A stretch of 64,000 nucleotides of DNA, from NCBI GenBank assembly GCA_000320545.1, contig ADNK01000826.1:1-64000 (forward strand), written 5' to 3'. The notes under the pieces are model-generated. The model saw nothing but the letters and a program-made list of their open reading frames with translations, was not told the origin of the DNA and searched no databases. This DNA comes from Bigelowiella natans CCMP2755 (lineage: Eukaryota > Protista > Cercozoa). The position numbers were made by a program, and so were the translations under genes. Of this stretch, positions 48,921-62,873 are shown in pieces (the first letter of the stretch is position 1; each line of letters opens with the position of its first letter).

Positions 48921-51900
48921 GAGAGAGAGAGGGGGGGGAGAATATTTAGTGAGTTGAGTGTGACGAAGAATCACGTACGACGGTGCAGAGACAGACAACC
49001 ACAAGAGTAAGAAGAAAAGAAGACTTCAACGATGACGACGAACACAGAAATCAAGGAACGCTTAATATTACGTGATGATATCTGGCTCGATATTGGCCGC
49101 AGACATGATATCGAAGACAATCAAAGCCCTATCAATATCGTGAGTCCTGACGCATGCAGATATCAGCGAGTTGTACGTTACGCGGGTAGGCGTCACCCTT
49201 CCCGCGCGCATAGCTCTCAAGACGTCCAGAGCCCTGTCTAATCGTCCAGCCCGCGAGTATGCTCCTATCAACGCCGTGCACACTATGGCGTTTGGCCTGA
49301 CTTTCTGATTGGCCATCTCTTGGAACACGCTCTGCGCCTTCACCCACTCTCCGCTCCTTGCACATGCGGATATGAGCGACGTGAAGGCTGGGGCGCTCGC
49401 GGGAATCTTCGCCTCGAGCATCATGTTGTACGCCTTCAAAGCGGCCTCCCAAGCCCCAGAACGACTGCACGCGGATATCAGTGCGTTGTATACGACCTGG
49501 TTGGGTTCTACGACGTTGGAAGCACTCTTCATCGCCTCAAACACCTCCCACGCCTTCGTCCACCTCTCGCTCCTCCCACACGCCGCTATTAAGTTTACAT
49601 ACGTGTATACGTTCGGCGAAGAATTGAACGAACCAGCGCCTGCAGTGGTGGCTCTGCTGCTGCTGCTGCTGCTGGTGGTGGTGGTGCCAACAGCAGCCGC
49701 TGCTTGTTTGTCCTTTGGACTGAAGCCCGTCGATGATGACCCTTCTTCAGTACTTGCAATATCGTTATTGTTACTAATATCATTATTGTTACTGCTACTA
49801 TCCCCCCCCTCTGCAACAGGGGGCACATAGTCCGCAGCTCTAAGCAACGTCGCATAGGTCACTCTATCAGGCTGCAAACCGTCTACCCGCATCATATCAA
49901 ACACGCTGAGAGCAGCCTCCCACTGCCCTGCCTTTGCTAATACATCGGTCGCCGTATTGTAGAGTATTGTATCCACACCTACTTTGCCTTCACCAGACAC
50001 TTCCCGCGCCCGCATCAGCAGGTCTAGGGCGATCTCCCACGACGCCGTCTTCGCGCAAGACTTGATGAGAGCGGTGTATGTGATGGAATCTGGCTCGATG
50101 CCCCTCTTCTTCATATCCCCAAGGACGTTGAGGACCTGGTGCGTCTTTCCACAACGATCCAGAGTGGAGATGAGTGCATTGTACGTGATGACGTTGGGCT
50201 GCGCGTTGGAATTGGTCATCTTGTCGATCAATCTGGAGGCGTGCTCCCACATCCCCACTCGCCCATACGCGTCTATCAACATGGTATATGGCGCGGGTGA
50301 TTGGCCTCCCTCCTTGCTCATGCCTCGAGCAGCGACAATGGCCATTTCCACCTCCATTTCCTTGAGGTCAGCGTACTCCTCTCCCCCATCGGGGATGCTG
50401 CCGTCGTCGTTGGCTCCGATGGTTCCGCTATCATGAACCCCATTGCGAGTGCTACTACTACCACTGCTGCTGCTGCTGCTGCTGCTACTACTACTACCAC
50501 TGCCACGTCCTATTCTTCTGCCTGATTTAGATGCCATCGCCTCCACGGCCTTTCTGTTGGATATGATTGCAGCAAAGCTGTTCCCGTCGGGAGAGACGCC
50601 CTCCTTCTTCATCATCTCAAAAACCTTCTTCGCAGCGTGAGGGGCAGCATTTCTCTCGCAGAGGGCGATAAGCGCGTTGTAGGAAATAACGTTGGGCTTC
50701 GTCCTCGCCTGGCGGGAAAGCTCGACTATCTCAAAGGCTCTTTGCCAAGCGTTTGGTGATCCTCCCGTACCACAGGCCACGATTGCTGATGTTACCGCCG
50801 AGTTCATCGGTCTTATCCCCTCAGCGATCATACTGTCAAACATCTCTAGAGCAGAAGCCCACCCCCCCTCCGTAGCGGATGACGATAGGGTTATGTCTTC
50901 CACGGGTGTTTCCTCACGTGCTGCTGAACGAATAAGCATGGCGTAAAGAAGGGCGTCCGGTTTCTGCCCGTGGGAGAGCAGCTTTGACCGCAGCGACAGC
51001 GCTGTTTGCCATTTCCCGGCCTGCGACAGAATTCGGATCAAGTTGGTGTAACTTATCACCGATGGGCTCGCCTCGCCACTGGACTCGAATGCTTCAACGA
51101 GAGCGAGCGCCCCTTGCCAGTCACCATTGCCCTCGTATGCCTTGAGACATGTGGTTAGTGTTTTCTCGTCGGGAGCTACGTTTCTTGCTCGCATCTCATG
51201 CAAAAGCGACAGTGCTACACTCCATCCTCCTTCGCGCACGCACAAGGACATGGTGCTCGTATACGATATCTTGTCAGGAGTTAGATGCACTTCCACCATT
51301 TTCCCGAGCGTCAGCAACGCTGCTTCCCAGTCATTATTTCTCGACAGCACCCCGAGTATGACTCGAAAGCAGCCCCTCCCCCATCCATACTTGTACCGCA
51401 TCGCCTTTTTGGAAAGCTCAATTGCTCGCGGTAGTTCTTCAGCTTTTGCCAGCATCGAAACTGTTGTTGTGAAGGTCATTAAACTAGGCTCTGGGAGTGA
51501 TGATGCTGGTTTTGCTGCCACATCTTTCCGAGTTTCCTCCTCTTCCGCGTCCTTTTTCTCCATCGTATTCTCATCAGCCGGTAAGCTAAGCGCTGGTAAG
51601 GATGTGAAACGATGCAAAAGTTGGAAAGCTGTCGGCCATTGATGCGGTTGGTTTGCTTCGAGCGTCCGCAACATGCTGTTGAGGTATCCAACCTCAGGCG
51701 GCCCATCTATCCTTTCGAATCTGGAGGAAACAACCAATTACAACACAGTGAGATCATCATGACGAAACCTGGCAAAATAGATCATGAAAGGAGGGAGAAG
51801 ACAGTGAATTTGGACAACTACCACCCACCTTTCTATCATCAAATCTAATCTTCGTCCAGAGCCGTATGCAGTGAGAAGGGCCATGAGAGCTTCTTGAGAT

Positions 51901-53012
51901 AGTTCATCGGTGGTTATTTGTAGCTGATTCCTTGACGACAAAGAAACAGATTCGGCAGCAATGGCTTCCTGTTGATCTCCCCCACCATTTTCAGGAATTT
52001 CGTCATCATCGTTGCCGGTATTGTCAGACGTTGCCGTGACTTCCAATCCTTCTGATATGGCGTCTTCTGCGGCAGGATAGGGTTCACATAGTGGAGGCGC
52101 GCTTCTATTCTCAAGATTGTGGTCAGTATCACCTGCTCTACCGCTACTTCTAAATTCTCCTTGCCTGGTGACTTCTTGAATGTGTTTCTCTAGTTTTTCG
52201 TAGATTCTCAGCACCGCATTCCATTCTCCGCCATTTGCAAGGGCCCACATAAGTGCCAAGGTGTCCTCTGTTCCCGGTCTGTCCCTATTCTCCCCTCTCT
52301 TTTTATCGATGATCATAGCTCTATATCTTCGAAGGGCTGCATGCCATCTTTTCCGCGGGTTCTCTTCCCGACGGCTACCTTGCACATTACCTGACCTCCA
52401 TCGCTTTTCAAACGCTTGCGAGTTGTGATTGATGTCCTTCCTTCTCCTTTCTCCAAATCTACTATTACCTACCCCTCGATATTTGCTTCTCCCAGATGAG
52501 GGTCTGTTGTTTCCATCCGATTTATCAGTCTGTCTTCGGAAATTTGAGGCGACGACGTTGCCCCCTTTATTTTGACGAAATCCCTTTCCAAGTAGAACCC
52601 CTCGTGATCCCCGAATTAAGGCACCCCTGGTTCCTCGTTGGGATTGTTGATGAGGTCTAGTCTCCTTGGCGGTAGCATCAGCACCGTCCGGTAGGGAAGT
52701 GGTAGCAGCAACCGCAATTAGTTGAGAAGACGACGTCGACGACTCTCGATGTTGAAGTATGAAGGGGCGGTTCATGGGGGAACGCCATTCTTTTCTCATT
52801 TTTCTGAGCGAGGAAGTTCCCCTACATGTTTGGAAAGGGCTCGCGGACGAAAGGAACTCTGGCCTGGTACCGGCATGGCTGTATGTACCACAACCCCTGC
52901 CCTTCTGCACTACTGCGCCGAGCACGGAATTGTGGATCTCATAACGCAGAGCCAAGACAATTGTAACCCCAAATATAAAGCATTTTCCACCCCAAATCCC
53001 CCTGCGCTGCAT
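46567..53012 (-). CDS. Large pentatricopeptide-repeat protein, putatively plastid-targeted; multi-exon
   Basis: Many PPR repeats (PDKISYTSTMS, PNVISYNALI, PNVITYNALIS, PDSITYTALIKSC, PNQVVYNALISAC); N-terminal hydrophobic FIFGVTIVLAL plus S/R-rich transit; last exon ...GRFRL* at 46567. Confidence 0.9.
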
Positions 53013-53635
53013 GGCCAGCCCTCAACAGGGAGGGGGTGGGAGGGGGAAAAGTTTTCGAATGGAGGGGGGTAGACGATGCTCGGCCGCAAGGTGATTTTAG
53101 CTAGCTTTTCACGTCCCAACTATGATGTCGTATGACAAAAATCGGCTTGCTTTTTTTCACATTCGCTCTGGTTTGCATGAGGGGAAACCACACATCCTTA
53201 GAAAATCTGGCAGAATTATAACCAGATTGAATCTTGTATGTGAGCTTTTACTTTTACGAAAATAGGAAATTCTAACGGCCCTACATATTATAGCACGATT
53301 ACGTTTATTAGAAGTTTCCCTGGTAAAACCAAGTTTCCGCATTTTATCTCGATATGTTGTTGGGTTATTGTTGCTTCAGGTACGGTTGGTAAAGAAAGTA
53401 CATCATTTCCGCTGTGCGACAACGTTTTCTCTCATAAATCAGCACAGAATAGAGAGGTTTGGCGGGAATGAAAACCCGCATTGTGGTCGGAACGAAAGAA
53501 CACTACTGACGGGAAGGAGCTGTGCTCCCCTTGCGCACAACACTTGATACGATGGTAGAAGTGATTCACAGATAATAACTCTAGAGCCGTGACGTGATTG
53601 TGGTTTCTTACCCTTTCAAGGACGATAATAGTGGC

Positions 53636-55170
53636 ATGGAAACAGAAGGGCAGTCCGAAGACGAGAAAGATGTGGAGGACGTAGAAGAAGACATTGAGGA
53701 AGATGAAGACGATGACGAAGACGAGGATGAAGATATGGATTTAGGTAAGAGTATAGGAAAATTAGTGATGAGTTGGAAATATGGACAATGAACACAGTAC
53801 CTGTTGGTTATTTTTTTGCCTTCCCTTTAGATAAGGACAAAGCGGACCTAACAGATTCAACGCCTCTAAGAAAGAGACAGATGAGTTCTGAGAATGAGCA
53901 GAACTCACAATCTAGACGTTATTTTGTTCGTATTCATCCAGATAGAGTCAACATTATAGATTGCGAGGATTTAAAAAAACGCCAGAAAGACCCTCTATCA
54001 GGAACTTCAAAAGCAATGTCTGACATGGTTCACACTGCCAAATTCTTGGGGAGCACATCCTTTCACGACGACGATTCCGACTCTGAGGAGCTTCCACTTG
54101 CACCTGCGCCAAAAAGAAAGCGTGACAACAATTACGATACTGATGATCCTTTCATCGATGACCATGAAGCCATAGACATCCGCAATGACGATTCGCATGA
54201 TGCTGAAACTAAGTATTTCGTCCATGCTTCCTCAACTGGTGCTCTGACTGATTGTAAAAATCCTGTTAACGTTCTCGTGCCGCGAAAAAAGAAAAGGAAG
54301 ACTCTTGCAGCCTTGCTTCCGTCTCCTGTAACGGACGCGCTCAATAAGTTGAAAAGTAAGTATACGGAAGTTATGGAGGGAGAAGACGGTCGACCGCGCG
54401 CGATTCCTTCATCACTTGATAATCTTCTCTATAATGTGGAGAGTCGACGCCGTAGCATGGGCAACGAACGTCCTAAGCAAAAACGATTCTGGGATAGCTT
54501 GCAACAGGTACTTCCATGGAAGCTACAGACTTTAAAAAGCCGTATGAAAACACTTTTCGAGTCCAAAAGGGCAAGTCATTTGCGGGAGGAAGTGGAGAAG
54601 GTGACATTACAATTGAAAGAGAATATCAAAGTGGAAATCGGTGTGATCCTCGATAAAAAGAACGCACGAAGTGATCAGGACACCAGTAAAGTTCGACCGC
54701 GATGGAAAATATTGGCTGATGACTTGGTCAAAGTGGTGGATCTGAAGAAACAAGAGACAACCGCCATGAACCATTCCCTCACTAAAAATAATAAAATTGA
54801 CGTCAAGGGAGTTGTTATAAAATTGTTAAAGGAAATAGCGGCTCTCTGGCCGGCTGAATGTGATGTCACCTACACACACCTTCGAAGTGTGTATAAGCGA
54901 TATTCAAAGAAAGATAGTAAGCAAGTCGGTAAAACTGCGTCTGCACATTTGAACTCACCAACGCCTTCGACCCCATCTGGTGCAAAAAGGATTCCATCCT
55001 CCTCCCTGCGTACTGCTGGTCGAAGCGAAAGTAAAAAGTCAGCTGCCAAAACAAACGCAAAGATTGAAAAGAAAAGGGCTACTAGCACGAAAGGAAAGGG
55101 TAATCTTCGTTCAATGAATCTGCTCAAACTACCAAAGAAGCCTTGGCTACCTCTTTATTTTCCTACATAG
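53636..55170 (+). CDS. HPC2/ubinuclein-like histone-chaperone subunit (HIRA complex); 2 exons
   Basis: HRD motif NNYDTDDPFIDDHE followed by YFVH; acidic N-terminus, NLS-like PKRKR, basic tail. Confidence 0.7.
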
Positions 55171-56136
55171 AAGTAAAATCTATGGTTACTGTCGCTCCTA
55201 GGACATGCTGACACTGTGTATAAAGGAACCATTGGAAAAGTTGACATCAAATGAATGAATTCGTAACTTAATTAAATTTTAGTCTGAGTATTTTACAACT
55301 TAAGTACATCCAAGCAAATTTACAGTAAGTGAAAAAGTATGCTATTGTGTCCACAAGCAAACAAGGTGGACATGTGTTCACGTATGGAGTGTCTAATCGT
55401 ATCTCAGATAACCAAACCAATAATTATTAAATATGAAAGAAAAACCATCTCAAGTGAGTGCATCCGAGCAAGCGTCGTAAGCATACACTTGCGCAATGCA
55501 CTTCCCACATCTGCTCGACATACATGGTTACATATCACCTACGCACGCAGATGCTCATATACCAGCGACGAAGACATTAAGACATATGCTCAATGATCGA
55601 ACTAATGCACATCTGCAATCAGCGTTATAAACCAGCAGCAGATCTAGAGATGCTCAAAGCAAATGTGTCCGTCAGTCCTAGCCTCAAATGTATGCTGCAT
55701 AAGTCAATGTATATAATAAACGCATGCAGGCGTCACACAGCCACTCTGGCTGACATGACCATTGTGGATTGCTATTTCAATCAACTAGACGGTGTGTATA
55801 TGTGCGCATACGCAGCTATGTCTCCTCTCATTGATGCTACATGCGCTATTGTCGCTTCCTACGTGCTCCATCACAACACGTACAGCCGATCAACACCGTG
55901 ATAGCGCAACGCATTATAACCATTGTTATAATTATTTAGCAATGTCATTATGCTCGTTACAGTCACGTCTATTGTGTAGCTATATCTAGTATATATATTT
56001 GCTCTTTACTAAGTACTGCACTCATCATCTACATGCAAAATGGGTCGCTGGGTGCATTCTACACAACGCTTTACTACATCCTATGACTAGCCGCAAATAA
56101 GATCATTTCTCATAAAAACTAATAAATAAATCATAC

Positions 56137-56643
56137 TCACACATGGTTTTTCGGTCTTAATCTTATTTTTCGGCCTTTGAAAAAGGAACCATTTTTGAGA
56201 ACAAATTTTCGGAGGTTTTCTGTGTTGTGAAATTCGACGAAGCCACAACCTTTTTGCTTCTTTGTTTTCCGGTCCTTTAATAAAAAGATTTTCTTAACAC
56301 CTGCTGCAGAGCCACCCGCCCATGCTTCCAGATCTTTCTCGTCAAGCTCAAACGGAAGATTTCCCACGAAACACGAAGTAGCTCCTTCGACAACCTTACA
56401 TAATATTTGGAACTCAGGAATCTTAAGACACTAAAGAAATTCAAGCTGCCCGAATACCTACCTCGGACATCATTTTCGTACGATCTCGCGAGTATTCTAC
56501 TCGGACATCCCTATAAGGTTTATAAATCCGAATGTAGCAAAAAGACCAGAGTGAGAGGAGGAATATACAAACCAATATTTACAATTAGTTCACATGTTAG
56601 CATTAACTTAACAAGTGTTTACGTTCACACACGCACACACACA

Positions 56644-56692
<49 letters not shown>

Positions 56693-57700
56693 CTTGTGTG
56701 TGTGTGTGTTTGTGCGTGGGTTAGTGTGTGTGTATGTACGTCATACGCATTATCGACCGGACCTTTTCATGTGATGAACTTCTCCTCGCTGCACCGCTTT
56801 ACGGGCACCTGCTAATGTTGTGAAAGTCACGTACGCACAACCCATAAACACTTTCGATCCTTTCTTTTCCTCTTCAAGCCATGTAACCTAAGGGAAAATC
56901 ATTTCTGTAATATCCTTGAAGTGTTGTATTTAAATCATGGAAACCTCAGTCACTTTTCCGCACTCAGAAAATAGTTTTTTGATAGCTGCTTCGTCAACTT
57001 TGAAGTTTAAATTCGACACGAAAACTTTTCTTTTGGCGTCATTTGTAGTTGTCGCAGCTTCAGGATCTTGTTTCGTCTTCGGATTTTCTACTTCGGATGC
57101 AGCTGATGGTTGATTGGAGACAGAAGGAATATCCATTGAGCTATCGCCTCCCTTTTGGTCAGCTGCCAAGTGATCTGAACTCTTTTCATTCGTCATTTTA
57201 TTCAGTTTCTTTACGGAATCCTTTTTAACATTCGGCTCTCCTTTTGCCTGCAATAAAAAACAGGTTATGAGAAAACACGTTGGGTTGAATAGATTATTTG
57301 TTCTGATGCCTGCTGTAAAGCTAGCTTTGCCTTCTTGAATTTCTAAATTGATATAAGCAAGTTTCAAATTGTGCCATCTCAACGCATACTATTGATTTTA
57401 CCTTTTTGAGAGTTCTATCCTTCTTATTCTCTCTCCATGCGGCCCTGGCTTCTTTCATCTGTCGATTAATTGGAGAGGTTGGTGCAAGCGTACGCCAAGG
57501 CGCGATTCATCATTACGAGACTCTGCAACAAATAAACGAACTTTTCTTCGTCTTACTTTGATCCTAAGTTTCTTGATGATGGTATTCTTGCTTTTGGAAA
57601 CAAAATTTTGTTTACAGGAGCTACTATGTTGTTCCACATCCCCAGATACGCTCTTGTGTCCGTTCGATGAGGTACCACCTTTCTTCATCTCTATTGCCAT
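56137..57700 (-). CDS. Two-RRM RNA-binding protein, nucleolar-type; multi-exon
   Basis: KVFVSNLNF..FSECGKV; FMGCAYVTF; CFVGNLPF..KQKGCGFVEF. Confidence 0.85.
56648..56735. repeat. (TA)n/(TG)n microsatellite in an intron
   Basis: Directly visible. Confidence 0.95.
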
Positions 57701-58425
57701 CTTCGCCTGAAATTAAGTTCTTTGTGAGCTTCTGAACTCTTCTACGAAATACCAATTCGACCTGAAGCAGCTCCTGCTTCATTATTTTGAATTCCTGTTC
57801 CGATATTACATATTGTTGATTAGGTCACGTGAGGTTCACATTGATCTCGAGTGGCTACAGGATCTTATATCCTATGAACGGCTTACATATTGACTTGCAT
57901 ATTAAATGTTTGCGCAGGGAGGACGTGCAGGATTTAAATGACATGTGCAAATATAAAACCGATTTTTCCCAGAAAATGAATTGTGCACAGGACCTTCTTA
58001 AGTTTCAAGTTTAATTTATCCTTCCTCCACGCAGCTCTTGCTGACTTCATCTGTAATTGCTTGTGTTTAATGGGATCATTCCTGCCTGAAGTTCTTAAGA
58101 GCCTTAATTATTACCTTGGTTCTCAGTATCTTTATTTTGGTTTCACTTTTCATCCTGGTCCACTTCGTACCGCCCCCTCTGCTTCAGTCGGTGTGCACGG
58201 GAAATGAAACGAGCAACTTCGATGCGACAAATAATAATCATGTCGCTGAGAGAAAATCCCTTGTATGTTCAACCAAAGAAGATGTCAGGAGATGAGCTCT
58301 GAAAACCATAGGTAAAGTTGTTTGTGCGACAACTTAAAAGGAGTGTCGTCAAACACCGAATTACATTTGCAAGTTGGGCTAATACGGTACCCTGCTCGCC
58401 GCCCCCCGACGAACAAACACGCACT

Positions 58426-60663
58426 ATGACCGCCGAAGAGGAGCAGAGCATCGACGATCCATTCGCTCTATATGAGAAGCAGATACAGAATATTCAGCAG
58501 CCGAAAAAGACTTCTGTAGAACAGAAAAAATCTGGGAAGGGAAAGGGAAAGGAACAGGAAGCAGATGAAAATGAAGATGAAGATGAAGACGAAGACGATG
58601 CCTTTGATGATGAAGATTTGTTCCAGGACTCTGTAACTGCATTATTTTTGGTCGATACGAAATCACTTGCAAACACTAATGAGAAAAAGCGAAAAGATTG
58701 GCTAAAGGCTACGATATCTGCAATAGCGGGTGCATTAGAGTGCGATCCTTCCGACATCGAATTCGAATCAATCAGGAGGGTCGTCAACAGCTCGGATAAA
58801 AAAGCTAGAGATGATGCTAACTCAGACAAATCTGGTGAGTCTGATCCTAAACCTACGGGGGAAACTAAGTCACAGAAACAAGATGGGAAGGTGCAACTCG
58901 CCCTCTTCTTACGTATCTCCTGCAAGGATCGGGAGAAATTGGTGGCCGATTTAAAGAATTTCAAACCTCTGAAATATAGCAAGGGTACTAAATTTGAAAG
59001 CTCAGTAATCTGTAAAGGGATGAAAGAGCCAACTCGATCTCGAGGCGACTGCTCGTGCTGTGGTTCAACTAGCCTTATAGTAATGGTGCTCTTTCTAGCA
59101 TTTCTACTATTCATGAAATCCCAGCAAGAATTCTTAAGCCCTGAGGGTATGGACATCCAATCTCCTCCAACAATGGATTATTATAAAATTCTGGGCGTGC
59201 CCAATACCGCTGCGTCTTCCAAGATAAAATCAGCGTACAGAAAGCTAGCTAGGAAATACCATCCAGACAAGAATCCCAACTGCGCCAACTGTGAAGCTCG
59301 AATGCATGAAATATCTGAAGCATACGCAGTACTTTCCGACAAGTCTCGCAGAGAACTGTATGATAGCGTTGAAATGAACTTTAAGCCTTTACCCTCCGAG
59401 TCAATAGATATAGGAACTGATAATTTCGGAGAATTGATTGAAGGCAGCGAGCCTGGGATGCTTTGGATTGTGCAGATTTACGCAGAATGGAATAGAGGAT
59501 GTATATCATTCTCCTCGGCTTGGGAACAGGTTGTACAAAGTCTTGATGATACTCAGGGAGTACGATTTGGCAGGATTCATGCCAAGCATCAGGAAGTTTT
59601 AACTAAGAAGCTTTCGGTAGCAGTGCGAATGCTGCCGATGGTGCTCTCATTTAGTGATGGCGAATTAATCCGGTCAGCATCATTTCAGGGAGACAACAGA
59701 AGAAATGTCAAAGAATTGAAACAATTCATATATTCTCACTTTTCGCAAGAGGTTTCCACAGTCAGAAGTGATGAAGCCTTACAGTTCTTGGCCCCTACTA
59801 CTGGGTTCGAAGGCCGTATACTCATTGTATCAAAACACCTCCAAGCACGCCCTTCTCGCTATGTGAAACACCTTCAAAACCACTTCAAGGGCGTCCTGAC
59901 GATTGCGCAAACTGACTTCGGTTCCCAAGAGGAACAGCTAAAATTCTTGGCCTCAAATTTCAAGCACCCACCAAAGCTTCCCTGTATTCTTTGGTCAAAA
60001 CCCGGAGGCGGATTTCAAGTAGTAGAAAATGTGAAGGCTAAATCTTTGAAGAAAACTATCTACGACAACATCTTTCGTCAATTCGCTCCAAGCTTGACTC
60101 CATCAGTCTTCAATTTCCGGTGTTTGGATATGGCATCGGATGAGCATACAGGTTGCTTCCTTCGTCTGAAAAAGGATTCTGACGACTCCAATGAAGCAGC
60201 TGAGGAATTTAATCACATCATGATACAAGGAAGTAAGACGTCACCCAAGCTTCAATTTGGAATTCTCGAAATCAGCCATCATCCTGAATTCAATACCATC
60301 AGCGCTGATTGTAAATCGGCAGCAGACTATGTTCAAATCTGCAAAGACTCCTTCACATTTTTCCGTAAAGGCACATCAGCAGGAAAAGTGCTCAAATACA
60401 TCGGAGGAGAGGATACCTTGGACGAGGATATAGTTGCGTGCAAGTCGGAAGGAAAAAGAATGCGACACTTTCATCAATCCCCCTTTTTTCTGGGCTTGAC
60501 CACCTTCGAGTTCGGTTTATTTATTTCAATAGTAATTGTTGTAGTAACGTCTAGCCAGTTTTTCCAATTTCAGTGGAGTTCCTTTTTGCAAGGGCTTGCT
60601 ATGGTTCTATTAGCAATTTCTGCGCTAGGCGGTCTCTTTAGCTTTCGAAATTACTCCATGTAA
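58426..60663 (+). CDS. DnaJ + thioredoxin-like membrane co-chaperone (DNAJC16/DNAJC10-like), intronless
   Basis: DYYKILGV..IKSAYRKLARKYHPDKN..ISEAYAVLSD..RELYD; Trx-like WIVQIYAEWNRGC; TM before the J-domain and two hydrophobic C-terminal segments. Confidence 0.88.
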   Translation: MTAEEEQSIDDPFALYEKQIQNIQQPKKTSVEQKKSGKGKGKEQEADENEDEDEDEDDAFDDEDLFQDSVTALFLVDTKSLANTNEKKRKDWLKATISAIAGALECDPSDIEFESIRRVVNSSDKKARDDANSDKSGESDPKPTGETKSQKQDGKVQLALFLRISCKDREKLVADLKNFKPLKYSKGTKFESSVICKGMKEPTRSRGDCSCCGSTSLIVMVLFLAFLLFMKSQQEFLSPEGMDIQSPPTMDYYKILGVPNTAASSKIKSAYRKLARKYHPDKNPNCANCEARMHEISEAYAVLSDKSRRELYDSVEMNFKPLPSESIDIGTDNFGELIEGSEPGMLWIVQIYAEWNRGCISFSSAWEQVVQSLDDTQGVRFGRIHAKHQEVLTKKLSVAVRMLPMVLSFSDGELIRSASFQGDNRRNVKELKQFIYSHFSQEVSTVRSDEALQFLAPTTGFEGRILIVSKHLQARPSRYVKHLQNHFKGVLTIAQTDFGSQEEQLKFLASNFKHPPKLPCILWSKPGGGFQVVENVKAKSLKKTIYDNIFRQFAPSLTPSVFNFRCLDMASDEHTGCFLRLKKDSDDSNEAAEEFNHIMIQGSKTSPKLQFGILEISHHPEFNTISADCKSAADYVQICKDSFTFFRKGTSAGKVLKYIGGEDTLDEDIVACKSEGKRMRHFHQSPFFLGLTTFEFGLFISIVIVVVTSSQFFQFQWSSFLQGLAMVLLAISALGGLFSFRNYSM

Positions 60664-61413
60664 TGTATCAGAGCTATATACATAACAAGGATTGTATTTA
60701 AAAAATTGAGGCCAATGGTAACATTGCTTGCAAGTCAAATGCTGTGATGGCTCAAAGCAATCTCTAGCGCTAAGAATATCTTCTTATCAGTAGATAATGT
60801 ACATACATGCGCATCAGTCACGTGACATAATAAGTAAGTGCGTTGTGTCTATTGCAGAGTATAATGCATAAGAGCAGGCAGGATACGATACGCTGGCTAG
60901 CTAAGACACCTGCGCTGCTGCGCTATGCACATCAACAGTAGCTCTGCATGCGATACAGCCGACTAACAAAATGCACCTCAATACTATACGTATTTGACTG
61001 CGTGAGCATCAACGTTGCCAACCAGCTACAATAGAGACACACTTGTTGCACACACCACGTACCATGCATTGCATGCACCGGTTTTTGTTCTAGAAATTTA
61101 CCAATTTTATTGCTGGCCGCCTTGCAAATTGCATAAACGTAAATATGGAATAATAGACACAGTAATATCAATATATATTGCATATATGTTTTATTACATG
61201 TCTATGATTGGATGAGGTACTTTCAGACTTGTGCACGCAGTCACCCCACACGCCACACGCATTGGAAACAAAGCTCATGTGTGGACCCGGAACATGACAA
61301 CAAGTAGCACTGGCCATGCAACATGCATATACTATATTTTACATGGATAAAGAGTGACATTTATCATGAAATATTCAGTATTTTTGTACATGAAATGACT
61401 TATTTAGATCTCA

Positions 61414-62873
61414 TTAATTTCCTCTGTCTTTCTTACTCAATTCTTCCAGAAATTTCCGGGTCCAACCAATGCTGAAAAGGAAAATATTTATTTGGATGGC
61501 ATAAATCATTAGCAAATAAAAAGAATACCTTGCGCCAGGAGGTCGTGATGTTTCAATTGTATCTAAGATAGTTTCAAATTCGTCGAAAGTCCGCTCACCG
61601 GGAAATTGGGCCCCTGTTAAAGATAGCAGCTCTCTTGTAAGTACTTTTAAATATATCATATTATGTATAAATATAGTATATCTGAAAAATTGCTTTCATA
61701 CCATCTATTTCCCATGTTGGATAGCCAGCGAGTGCAGTGCATGCCAAAGACTTTGTTGCAGTATCTTTTCCATCTTCAGCACACTGAAATTTTTAGCAAA
61801 TGAAAGAATTATTAACTCGAAATGTTTCTGAAGATATAAGAGAGAAAGAAGTCTCCTCGAACAACCTCAATGTATTTTATCTTCTTCATCGCTTCCTTCC
61901 CAAACATGTTTTTTTGAGAATTGCAGTGTGGGCACCAGTAAGCTCCATACATTATAGCCCCAAGCTTGCCCAATCGCGATGCAATCTAATATTTATGACA
62001 CAAATTTACATTCCAGAGTTTTCATCCTACGCCCCGCCCCTTTCCTCTGCCATCACCACCATAACGGCAACGGTCATTCCAAAAACTATCATCACTATAA
62101 AGTCTTCCACTACTTGAATTGCGCGTGTTGTTGATTCTGACGTGACTTCTGGTGCTTCCCAGCCTTCTTCTGGGGTTCGGACATTATCCTATGAATTAGA
62201 ATCGTTATTCATCCAAATGTATACGCTGCTATTCAGAAGGATCTGGTTGCAATAAAGACTACCACGAATGCATACGATGGATCCCATCGCTGCGCACGAG
62301 CGCTCCTCCCTCTCGCGTCTGACAGAGACGCAAGAAGCACTGATGAACCAGCAAGCATATACCGTCTTCTTGCGAGCGCGAATTTCGAATTCTCTTGGCC
62401 GAAAACGTCATTGGCTTTTGAAGAGCTCAAATCAGAATCTCTTAAGCTGGGTGGCTCATTCTTTAAGATTTGAATGCGAGCATCGTTAAAACGACGGCGA
62501 CCACCGCGGGCATTGGAGAAGGAATGTCGTCTCAATAAGGAATCCATTTGGCGAGTCTGAGCTTGCTTATTTGCGCTGTAAAACCAGCAAGTTAAGTTGA
62601 AAGTCAGTTGAAATTGAAATCCAAGACACATATTTCTGGTGATGTAAATATGTTACGGGAGATCGTTTTGTACAGTTCTGTTGGTTTACTCGTTCTTATT
62701 CAGAGTAGTACGCACTTGCTTCTTATAACCCCTTGGATGAGGTGTCCATGGTCAAGATTAATTAGGGACATCACGATTATCGATGCCACAAAAATGACAG
62801 AAGTAAGTGGGCGAGTGTGCAGCGTCAGTATCCCATTAGTTGAGCTCCTCCTAAGGTAGATACGATCCATCAT
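61414..62873 (-). CDS. Thylakoid-lumen thioredoxin-like protein resembling the Trx domain of LTO1/VKOR-Trx, without a VKOR domain; multi-exon
   Basis: Signal (LTSVIFVASIIVMSLI), transit, Tat-like RRRYMLAGSSVLLASL..ARA; GAIMYGAYWCPHCNSQKNMFGKEA..IKYIE|C..GYPTWEID|GAQFPGERTFDEF. Confidence 0.82.

Noticed and set aside
58494-59156. Long antisense ORFs over real genes (also within the LamG, gag-pol and PPR ORFs)
   Set aside because: Shadow frames of coding sequence or microsatellite translations.
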